The position numbers and the translations under genes are program-made. Below, in pieces: positions 7,280-14,752 of a DNA stretch of 31,563 nt (position 1 is the first letter of the stretch; the number at the start of each line of letters is the position of its first letter). Source of the DNA: Gaiellaceae bacterium (GTDB lineage Bacteria; Actinomycetota; Thermoleophilia; Gaiellales; Gaiellaceae); assembly GCA_050697795.1 (NCBI GenBank), contig JBOHAK010000271.1, positions 1 through 31,563 on the forward strand, read 5' to 3'. The notes under the pieces were generated by a model that saw nothing but the letters and a program-made list of their open reading frames with translations, was not told the DNA's origin and did not search any database.

Positions 7280-8473
7280 TCAGCTCCTCGCTTTCTCGGC
7301 GGCGGCCTTGCCCGCCCGGCGGCCGAAGACGCAGCACTCGAGCAGCGAGTTGCCCATCATGCGGTTGCGCCCGTGGGTACCGCCGGCGATCTCGCCGCAG
7401 GCGAAGAGGCCCTCGACGGTCGTCTCGCCGTGCTCGTCGATGACGAGCCCGCCGTTCTGGTAGTGGAGGACGGGATAGGTGAAGATCGGCTCCGCGAGCG
7501 GGTCGATCCCGCCCGCGCGGTAGCGCCGGAGCATGTACGGGAGGGAGATCTCCGCGTCCGCCTCGGCGATGCGCGTGGTGTCGAGCCACACGGCCGGGCG
7601 GCCGTCGGGCGTCTCGACCCCCTTGCCGCGCTCGACCTCGTCGAAGATGGCCTGCGAGACCTCGTCGCGCGGTCCGAGCGAGTCGGTGAACTCCTCGCGG
7701 TCGGCGTTCAGGAGCACGGCGCCGTAGGCTCGCGTCGTCTCGGGGATCGAGTAGCCCTGCATGTTCTCCGGCCACGCGCCGCCGTTGGGGTGGTACTGGA
7801 GCGCGTCGAGATCGCGCGGCTCCGCGCCGAGCTCGACGGCCATGCGGGTCACCTCGCCGGTGGCGCCCGGATGGTTCGTGGAGAGCTCGCCGCGCTCCTT
7901 CGCCTCGCGGAAGCAGCGCCCGCCGGCGGCGAGCACGACCGCGCCCGCCTCGACGACCGCGTCGCCGCACCGCGCACGCCAGCCGCCCTCGGTGTGCTCC
8001 AGCTCGGCGAGCGGGGACTTGGGGAGCGTGAGCGTGGCCGAGCCCGCCACGGTGTCGCGGAGCGCCTTCGTGATGGCGTGGCCCGTGCGGTCGCCCACCT
8101 GGAGCAGGCGCTTGCGGCTGGCGCCGCCGCAGCGGGCGAGCCGGTAGCCGCCGTTCTCGCGCGTGAACTCGACCCCGGCCTCCTCGAGCCAGTGGATCGT
8201 GTCCGGCGCCTCGGAGGTCAGGATGCGCACGAGGCCCATTTCGGCCGTCTCGTGGGAGCTCTTCCAGACGTCCTCCGCGTGGAGGTCTGGGGAGTCGTCC
8301 TCCCCGAAGGCGGCCTGGATGCCGCCCTGGGCCTTGGCGGAGTTGCAGGACTGGAGGGCGCCCTTCGTGGCGAGCGCGACGCGCGCCCCGGCGCGCTCGG
8401 CGGAGACGGCGGCGGCGAGGCCCGAGGCCCCGCTCCCGATCACGAGCACGTCGACACTGGTCGTTTCGGCCAC
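7280..8473 (-). CDS. FAD-dependent oxidoreductase, SdhA/FrdA/NadB family, short stand-alone form
   Basis: GSGASG, NSAKAQGG, STN...TG, QYHP, PRDEVS, HYQNGG, GLFACGE, HGRNRMMGNSLLE. At 397 aa it lacks the C-terminal helical domain. Confidence 0.88.
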   Translation of the reverse strand: MAETTSVDVLVIGSGASGLAAAVSAERAGARVALATKGALQSCNSAKAQGGIQAAFGEDDSPDLHAEDVWKSSHETAEMGLVRILTSEAPDTIHWLEEAGVEFTRENGGYRLARCGGASRKRLLQVGDRTGHAITKALRDTVAGSATLTLPKSPLAELEHTEGGWRARCGDAVVEAGAVVLAAGGRCFREAKERGELSTNHPGATGEVTRMAVELGAEPRDLDALQYHPNGGAWPENMQGYSIPETTRAYGAVLLNADREEFTDSLGPRDEVSQAIFDEVERGKGVETPDGRPAVWLDTTRIAEADAEISLPYMLRRYRAGGIDPLAEPIFTYPVLHYQNGGLVIDEHGETTVEGLFACGEIAGGTHGRNRMMGNSLLECCVFGRRAGKAAAEKARS

Positions 8474-8482
8474 GACGCTCGG

Positions 8483-8527
8483 ACTATACCAGCGTTTTGC
8501 TAATCCAAATCATTTGAGACACTTATG
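8483..8527 (-). promoter_or_regulatory. Putative promoter of the sulfur operon (extended -10 TGgTATAGT) with an AT-rich operator region
   Basis: TATAGT at 8488-8483 lies 9 nt before the GTG. The upstream AT-rich patch holds the CAAAT-C-ATTTG palindrome and ATTTG-N5-CTTAT (T-N11-A). Confidence 0.55.
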
Positions 8528-8655
8528 ACGTCTCCCGACCTCGGAGGGGCCGGCCGCGGGCCTCCCTCCGGTTTCACCGTAACGAGGACGGGCACGCGGA
8601 TGTGTGGCCCCGTGTGACGGATGCGCGGCGACTATCCGCGTTCGCCGGGCGACGG

Positions 8656-9960
8656 CTAGCGGCTCGTCGGCGCCGAACCACCCAGCGCGAGCCCTCCGCC
8701 CCGCTCCGTGTCCCGCACGCCGCGGACGAACAGGAAGGCGAACGTCACCGCGCAGCCGAGCACGCCGCCGGCGACCAGCGTCGTCTCGACGCCGATCCAG
8801 GCCGCGGTCGGGCCGGTGAGGGCGAACGAGACCGGCACGAGGCTCGTGGAGACGAACCAGTCGAGGCTCGTCACACGGCCGAGGAGCCCGGCCGGGACGT
8901 GCGTGTGGACGAGCGTCCCCCACACGACCATGCCGGACGTGAAGAGCGCTCCCTCGACGAGCGTGATCGCCATCAGCTGCCACACGGCCGTCGCCAGCCC
9001 AAGCCCCACGAGGGCGAGCGACCCGAGCGCCCAGGCGCTGTACATGAACGTGATGTGCCGCCGCGGGAGGCCGCGCTGGCCCATGACGAGCGCAGCGAGG
9101 ATCGAGCCGATCCCGCCGCACGCGAGGACGAGGCCGAAGTCGTCGGCGCCAGCGCCGAGGTCGTTGCGGATCCTGAAGGGCACGAGCACCTCGACGGGGC
9201 CCCAGTAGGCGAGCAGGAAGACGGCGGCGGCGAGCAGCGTGGCCCAGAGCCACGCGCGGGCGCGCACGAACGCGAGGCCCTCGCGCAGCTCGCGGACCAT
9301 CGAACCGCCGACGGACTCGCGTTCGAGGGGCCGCGGCCGCATCAGCAGAATCGCGGCCGCGGAGACGAGGAACGTGCCCGCGTCGAGCAGGAAGGCCTCA
9401 CCGGGACCGATGGTGGCGACGAGCCACCCGCCGAGGGCGGGGCCGACGAGCATGAAGGCGAGCGGCCGGATGAACTGGTCGAGCGAGTTCGCCTGCAGGA
9501 GCAGGTCGCGCGGGACGATCTGGGGGACGATCGACGTGAACGCGGGCCCGAAGAACGCCTCGCCCGTCCCGAAGACCGCCGCGAGCGCGACGAGGTGCCA
9601 CAGCTCGATCTGCCCCGTCAGCGAGAGGACGCCGATCGTCGCGGCCGCGAGCGCCCGCACCACGTCGGCCGCGATCATGACGCGCCGTCGCTCGAACCGG
9701 TCCGTGACGACGCCGCCCACGAGGACGAAGAGGCCGAGCGGCAGCGTCCAGGCGACGCCGACGACGGAGAGCGCCGTCGGCGAGTTCGAGAGCTCGTACA
9801 CCTGCCACGCGAGCGCGACGACGTAGACGCCGTCCCCGGCGAGCGACACCGTCGCCCCCGCCCAGAGCAGGGCGAAGTCCCTGATCCGAAGGGGGCGCAG
9901 GATGGCGAGCCGCGAAAGCCGCGCGCGGCGCCTCGGCTCGGGTGCCTGCCGGAGGTCCAT
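8656..9960 (-). CDS. MFS transporter (DHA3/MefA/EntS-like)
   Basis: PLRIRDFALLW, GGVVTDRFERRRVM (motif A), GPALGG, LLGRV; about 12 hydrophobic segments. Confidence 0.9.
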   Translation of the reverse strand: MDLRQAPEPRRRARLSRLAILRPLRIRDFALLWAGATVSLAGDGVYVVALAWQVYELSNSPTALSVVGVAWTLPLGLFVLVGGVVTDRFERRRVMIAADVVRALAAATIGVLSLTGQIELWHLVALAAVFGTGEAFFGPAFTSIVPQIVPRDLLLQANSLDQFIRPLAFMLVGPALGGWLVATIGPGEAFLLDAGTFLVSAAAILLMRPRPLERESVGGSMVRELREGLAFVRARAWLWATLLAAAVFLLAYWGPVEVLVPFRIRNDLGAGADDFGLVLACGGIGSILAALVMGQRGLPRRHITFMYSAWALGSLALVGLGLATAVWQLMAITLVEGALFTSGMVVWGTLVHTHVPAGLLGRVTSLDWFVSTSLVPVSFALTGPTAAWIGVETTLVAGGVLGCAVTFAFLFVRGVRDTERGGGLALGGSAPTSR

Positions 9961-9963
9961 CGC

Positions 9964-11022
9964 TCAGTACGCGCTCCGTCGGAGCGACCGCGCGAAGCGG
10001 CGCCGCCGCCTGCGGGCCTCCGCAAGCGCCCGGGGGTCGCCCTTCAGCTCGAGATGGCGCAGCTCGCGGAGCAGCTTGCGGTAGCTCTCGAGCCGCTCGG
10101 CGGCGAGCCGTCCGTCGGCCACCGCGGCCAGGACGGCACACCCCGGCTCGCCCTCGTGCGCGCAGTCCCGGAAGCGGCACGCCGCCGCGAGCTCAGCCAC
10201 GTCCGCAAACGTCTGGTCGACGCCGTCGCCCGCATCCCAGAGACCGAGCTCGCGCATGCCGGGCGTGTCGAGGACGAGCCCGCCGCCCGGCAGCGGGATC
10301 AGCTCGCGGTACGTCGTCGTGTGGCGGCCCCTGCCGTCGGAGCGGAGCTCCGCGACGTCCTGCCGCTCGCTCCCGAGGAGCCGGTTGACGAGCGACGACT
10401 TGCCGACGCCGGACGAGCCGAGGAGTGCCGCCGTGCGGTTGCCCTCGAGGTGGCGGGCGAGCCCCTCGAGCCCGGTGCCGTCGGCCGCGCTGACGACGTG
10501 GACGGGAACGCCGAACGCGACCGCCTCCACCTCCGCCGTCGCGGCGGCGAGGTCGTCGGCCAGGTCGCTCTTGTTGAGGACGACGACGGGATCCGCCCCG
10601 CTGTCCCAGCCGGCGGCGAGGTAGCGCTCGAGGCGCCGCACGTTGAGATCCGCGCCGAAGGCGCCCACCAGGAAGACGACGTCGACGTTCGCAGCGACGA
10701 CCTGCTCGACGGCCTCCCCGGCCGCCTTCCGGGAGAAGACCGTCCGGCGCGGCAGCAGGGCGTGGATCGTCGCAGCGTCCGCCTCCGGCGCGTCGCGGAC
10801 GGCCACCCAGTCGCCGACGGCGGGCAGGTCGGCGGGGCCGAGCGCGGCGTGCCGCAACTGGCCGGCGGCTTCGGCAGGGCGCTCGCCGCTCCCGGAGTAG
10901 ACGACGTAGCCGCCGCGATGCTGGGCGCCGACCCGGGCGGGCACGCAGCCGGCGGCGGCGTGCGGGACGAACTCTTCGGCTCGGCTCGGGCTCCACCCGA
11001 GCGCTGCGAGCTCCTGGGACAA
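9964..11022 (-). CDS. rsgA: Ribosome small subunit-dependent GTPase A
   Basis: PAVGDWV OB-fold, AANVD, NKSD, GSSGVGKSS, GRHTTT, DTPGMR, Zn finger CRFRDCAHEGEPGC; AAAGGAG RBS before the TTG. Confidence 0.95.
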   Translation of the reverse strand: MSQELAALGWSPSRAEEFVPHAAAGCVPARVGAQHRGGYVVYSGSGERPAEAAGQLRHAALGPADLPAVGDWVAVRDAPEADAATIHALLPRRTVFSRKAAGEAVEQVVAANVDVVFLVGAFGADLNVRRLERYLAAGWDSGADPVVVLNKSDLADDLAAATAEVEAVAFGVPVHVVSAADGTGLEGLARHLEGNRTAALLGSSGVGKSSLVNRLLGSERQDVAELRSDGRGRHTTTYRELIPLPGGGLVLDTPGMRELGLWDAGDGVDQTFADVAELAAACRFRDCAHEGEPGCAVLAAVADGRLAAERLESYRKLLRELRHLELKGDPRALAEARRRRRRFARSLRRSAY

Positions 11023-11193
11023 GGTGAGACTCCTTTGCTTCGGCAGGGACGAACGACGCAGGGCTCCCGCGCGTCCGTTCGCTGCTTCGGAGGCTCAGCC
11101 TGGAGCGGCCGGACCGCGCGGGAGGGAGGCTGGCGCACTCTCGATCAGCATCTGGCCCTCCCTTCGTCGCGGAACCGGAACGAGAGAAGCCTA
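11023..11193 (-). promoter_or_regulatory. Putative promoter and structured 5' leader with an 18-codon uORF upstream of rsgA
   Basis: -10 TAGGCT (11193-11188); GGGAGGG RBS, then uORF 11151-11095 MLIESAPASLPRGPAAPG*; bulged hairpin CGAACGGACGC/GCGTCGTTCG before the rsgA RBS. Confidence 0.45.
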
Positions 11194-11212
11194 GCCGAGC
11201 GGCCGGCGCCTG

Positions 11213-11860
11213 TCAGCCCCCGAGGCCGCCGAAGAAGGCGAAGGGGTTCCGCGGCGTGACCTCCCACACCATGCCGCCGCCGGGCTCGACCTCGACGCGT
11301 GCCCCTTCGGGCGCTTCCGCGCGGAGCCGCTCGGCGAGCGCGGTCGCGTCGTCCTGGTTCGCGGCGCCGGCGAGGAGGAACGTCGCCCGGCGGATGACGG
11401 GGAACCCTTCGGCGGACAGGCGGTCGGCGAGCGCGTCCGTCGCCTCGCGGCTCGGCAGCGCCACCCGCACCTCCCACTCCGCGTGGCCGTGGGCGAACGA
11501 CTCGGCCGCCTCGCGCTCCTGCTGCCGCTCGTGCTCCGCGAGGATCTCGGCCTCGGTCTCGGGGAGCGGCTCGGCCGCGTCCTTCCAGTCCTGCTCGACG
11601 GGATGCCAGCGCTCGAGCGCGATGCGCGCCTCGAGCCCCTCCGAGGAGAGGTGCGCGCGCAGCACGCCCTCGGTGTCGCGCGCCGGCTCCTCCGCGTCCG
11701 CATACAGGAAGACGCGCGGCCCGTCGCGGCTCACCACGACACGGCCGCCGAGCCGCTCGCGCTCCTGGTCCTCGAGTCGGCGCGCCGCGAGCCACTCGAC
11801 CAGCTGCGTGCCGTCGCCCTCGTCGTCGAAGTCCACCGTCAGGCGCCAGTCGTCTGCCAT
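11213..11860 (-). CDS. Hypothetical protein (215 aa) with apparent internal duplication
   Basis: Protein-like sequence begins at MADDWRLTV (ATG 11860), with CAGAAT 8 nt upstream. The upstream part of the track ORF is antisense to the methyltransferase. Confidence 0.8.
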   Translation of the reverse strand: MADDWRLTVDFDDEGDGTQLVEWLAARRLEDQERERLGGRVVVSRDGPRVFLYADAEEPARDTEGVLRAHLSSEGLEARIALERWHPVEQDWKDAAEPLPETEAEILAEHERQQEREAAESFAHGHAEWEVRVALPSREATDALADRLSAEGFPVIRRATFLLAGAANQDDATALAERLRAEAPEGARVEVEPGGGMVWEVTPRNPFAFFGGLGG

Positions 11861-11893
11861 CGGCCTGAATTCTGCCCTATCCTCCCCGAGGCC

Positions 11894-12832
11894 ATGCGCT
11901 GGCTCGCGAAGGCCGCCCTTCAGAAGGGGCTCAGCGCCCTGCCCGCCGCCGAGCGCGCCAACTACGTCTTCCAGCGGCACGTGACCCGCACGCTTCCCGC
12001 CTCCGAGGCGGCGCTGCGGCGCAAGATGCGCCGCGCCCGCACACACTTCGGAGCGTTCCTCGAGCACGGCTCGCGCCGGGCGGACGCTGTCTTCTACGAG
12101 TTCGGCGTCGGCTGGGACCTGGCCGTTCCGCTCTGCCTCTGGGTCCTCGGCGTCGAGCGTCAGGTCCTCACCGACGTGCGTCCCAACGTCCGTCTTGCCC
12201 TCGTCAACGAGACGATTCGTCGCCTCCATCGGCTGGTCGGCGAGCTCTCCACGGAGGAGAGCCCCGGTCGCGATCCCGGCAACGCGCCGGTCGAGAGCCT
12301 CCAGGAGCTCGAGGGCCGCTTCGGGATCGTCTATCTCGCCCCGCTGGACGCCCGCGCCACCGCCCTCCCGGCTGCGAGCGTCGACTTCGTCACGAGCACG
12401 AACACCTTCGAGCACATCCCCGCCGAGGACGTCACGCCCGTCCTCGCCGAGTGCCGGCGCCTGGTTCGGCCGGACGGTGCGCTCAGCTTTCGGATCGACC
12501 TGTGCGACCACTTCTCCTACCACGACTCGACCGTCTCCCCCTATGCCTTCCTCCGCTACTCGGGCCGGAACTGGAGGCTCATCAACTCCTCGCTCCTCTT
12601 TCAGAACCGCCTCCGGCACCCGGACTACGTCCGTGCGTTCGAGGAGGCCGGCCTCGCAGTCGTGACCGAGGAGCGCGCAGGACCGACCGACGACGACCTG
12701 CGGACGCTCGCCGAGCTCGACGTCGCCGACGAGTTCGCCGGCTATACCCCGCAGGAGCTCGGCGTCCGCGTCCTCAACGTCGTCCTCCGGCCCGCGCCCT
12801 GGCCTGCCGGCGGCTCACCAGACGCTCTGTAG
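11894..12832 (+). CDS. Class I SAM-dependent methyltransferase
   Basis: Start MRWLAKA (ATG 11894); YEFGVGW motif I, DARAT.LP..SVDFV.S..TFEHIP, RLVRPDG. Confidence 0.85.
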   Translation: MRWLAKAALQKGLSALPAAERANYVFQRHVTRTLPASEAALRRKMRRARTHFGAFLEHGSRRADAVFYEFGVGWDLAVPLCLWVLGVERQVLTDVRPNVRLALVNETIRRLHRLVGELSTEESPGRDPGNAPVESLQELEGRFGIVYLAPLDARATALPAASVDFVTSTNTFEHIPAEDVTPVLAECRRLVRPDGALSFRIDLCDHFSYHDSTVSPYAFLRYSGRNWRLINSSLLFQNRLRHPDYVRAFEEAGLAVVTEERAGPTDDDLRTLAELDVADEFAGYTPQELGVRVLNVVLRPAPWPAGGSPDAL

Positions 12833-13792
12833 GAGCTCCGCGATCTCGGCCGGCGAGGCGACGCGCGGGTTCGCCTTCGCCCCGGCCCGTACCGCGGCCG
12901 CCTCCGCCACGAGCGGCAGCTCCGGCTCCGGCACGCCGAGGTCGCGCAGGCGCTCGAAGCCGGCGAGGCGGGCGAGCTCCTTCACCTTCCCCGCGGCGTC
13001 GTCCCCTGCTCCGGCCGCCTCGCCGAAGCGCGCGATCTCGGCGCCCGCCGCCGGCTGGTTGAAGCGGAGGGCGGGCGGCAGACAGACCGCGTTCAGCGCA
13101 CCGTGCGAGATGCCGTAGCGGCCGCCGAGCGCCTGGGCCATCGCGTGCCCGAGCCCGAGCCCCGCACCTCCGAGCGCGGCGCCCGCATGCATCGCGCCCT
13201 CGAGCAGCTCGCGGCGCGCCTCGCGATGGGCGCCGTCGGCGAGGACGCGCGGCAGGGACGCGGCGATCAGGCGCGCGCCGGCGAGCGCGTGCTCGTCCGA
13301 CTCGGGGTTCCGCCCCTTCACGTAGAGCGCCTCGGCGCAGTGGGCGAGCGCGTTCAGCGCCGTGCCGCCGCTCTCCCCGCGCGGGAGCCCGAGCGTGAGC
13401 TCCAGCTCGTAGACGATGCCTTCGATGCGGGCCCCTCCACCGCCGATCTTCACCCCGCGCTCCTCGTCGCGGACCCCGAAGCCGGTCGCCCACTCGGCGC
13501 CGGCGTACGTCGTCGGAATCGAGACCACCGGCAGCCCTGTCGCGGCGCTCACCGCCTTCGTCGTGTCGATCGCGCTCCCGCCGCCGAGCGCCACGAGCCC
13601 GTCCGCGCCGGCGGCGGCCGCCGTCGCCTCGTCGACGGTCTCCTTCGGGACGTGCTGCCGCACGCCGGTGTAGCGCCCGGCTGCCGGCAGCTCCAGCGAG
13701 TCCCACCGCCGCGTGGTGACGAGCAGCGGCTCACGGATCCCGAGCTCCTCCAGGAGGCCGGGATACGCGGACAGCCCCCAGCGGACGATCAT
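12815..13792 (-). CDS. Iron-containing alcohol dehydrogenase family, maleylacetate-reductase-like
   Basis: ATG 13792 overlaps the LysR stop. GGGSAIDTTK, IPTTYAGAE, NALAHCAEALY (Asn in place of the metal-ligand Asp), GLGHAM, SHG. Confidence 0.85.
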   Translation of the reverse strand: MIVRWGLSAYPGLLEELGIREPLLVTTRRWDSLELPAAGRYTGVRQHVPKETVDEATAAAAGADGLVALGGGSAIDTTKAVSAATGLPVVSIPTTYAGAEWATGFGVRDEERGVKIGGGGARIEGIVYELELTLGLPRGESGGTALNALAHCAEALYVKGRNPESDEHALAGARLIAASLPRVLADGAHREARRELLEGAMHAGAALGGAGLGLGHAMAQALGGRYGISHGALNAVCLPPALRFNQPAAGAEIARFGEAAGAGDDAAGKVKELARLAGFERLRDLGVPEPELPLVAEAAAVRAGAKANPRVASPAEIAELLQSVW

Positions 13793-14682
13793 CCGAGACG
13801 CTCCGCGGCGAAGTCGAGGAACGCCTCCGCCGCGCGGCTCGGCGGCCGCCCCTTGGCGCGCACGACGTAGAGCTGCCGCGACGGCTCGAGCCCGGCGACG
13901 CGGGCGGCAGCGAGCGTGCCGGCCGCGAGCTCGCCCTCGATCGCCGTCCGCGAGATGAACGCGACGCCGTAGCCCGCGGCGACCGCACTCTTGACCGATT
14001 CCTGGAGGCCGAGCTCGAGCTTCGACCCGAGCCCGCGGGGGCGGAGGCCCGCACGGCGGAGCTCCTCCTCGACGACCTGGCGGACGCCCGCGCCTTCCTG
14101 CATGACGACGAGCGTCTCCTCGCGGAGGTCGTCGAGCGACATGCGCCCGCCCGCGGACGGATGGCCGGGCGGGACGGCCAGCACGATCTCGTCGCGCGCG
14201 AGCGGCTCGAAGACGAGCGAGCGGTGCCGGCGCAGCGCGCCGACGACGCCGAGCTCGACCTCCCGCTCGGCGACGCGCTCGATGACGGCGTGCGTGTCCC
14301 AGATCGAGAGCGCAACGGCGAGGTCTTCGTGCCGGCGCTGGAACTCGCACAGGAGGAGCGGAACGAGGTGCGCGCCCGGGCCTGTCGACGCGCCGAGCGA
14401 GAGCGTCCCGGTGAGGGCGCCTTGCTCGGCGGCGGCCACGTCCTCGAGCAGCGACTCCTCGAGCTGGAGGATCCGCCGGGCGCCGCGGTAGAGCCGCCGG
14501 CCGGCCTCGGTGGGCTCGACACGCCGCCCGGAGCGGTCGAGAAGCTGCTGCCCGAGCCGCTCCTCGAGCGCGCGCACCTGGAGGCTGACGGCGGGCTGCG
14601 TGACGCCGAGCCGCTCGGCGGCCTGCGAGAAGCTCTCCCGCTCGACGACGGCGCAGAAGGCAGCGAGCTGACGTGTGTCCAT
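13789..14682 (-). CDS. LysR family transcriptional regulator (CysL-like)
   Basis: wHTH SFSQAAERLGVTQPAVS.Q...LE; GASTGPG, QEGAGVR, ESVKSAVAAGYGVAFIS. Confidence 0.93.
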   Translation of the reverse strand: MDTRQLAAFCAVVERESFSQAAERLGVTQPAVSLQVRALEERLGQQLLDRSGRRVEPTEAGRRLYRGARRILQLEESLLEDVAAAEQGALTGTLSLGASTGPGAHLVPLLLCEFQRRHEDLAVALSIWDTHAVIERVAEREVELGVVGALRRHRSLVFEPLARDEIVLAVPPGHPSAGGRMSLDDLREETLVVMQEGAGVRQVVEEELRRAGLRPRGLGSKLELGLQESVKSAVAAGYGVAFISRTAIEGELAAGTLAAARVAGLEPSRQLYVVRAKGRPPSRAAEAFLDFAAERLG

Positions 14683-14695
14683 AAGGGAAGCTTAT
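14681..14695. promoter_or_regulatory. Putative LysR autoregulatory box ATAAG-N5-CTTAT
   Basis: Perfect 5-bp inverted repeat with T-N11-A spacing, overlapping the lysR start codon and its -10 (TAAGCT, 14694-14689). Confidence 0.6.
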
Positions 14696-14752
14696 ACCTG
14701 CGCTTCGTCGGGAACGAGCCGCGGACGTCACGATCCCTAGACTCCGGAGCCG

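Noticed and set aside
7280..8473. Flavoprotein as L-aspartate oxidase NadB, SdhA or dissimilatory APS reductase AprA
   Set aside because: It lacks the NadB EGGHS Glu and there is no nadA/nadC. It lacks the covalent His and sdhB/C/D. It is too short for AprA, has no aprB, and retains dicarboxylate-site motifs.
8525..8617. 30-codon plus-strand ORF MTSPDLGGAGRGPP...
   Set aside because: No RBS or clear promoter and no protein-like features.
8602..11259. 885-aa plus-strand ORF
   Set aside because: Antisense shadow of the MFS and rsgA genes; high-GC artefact with no recognisable motifs.
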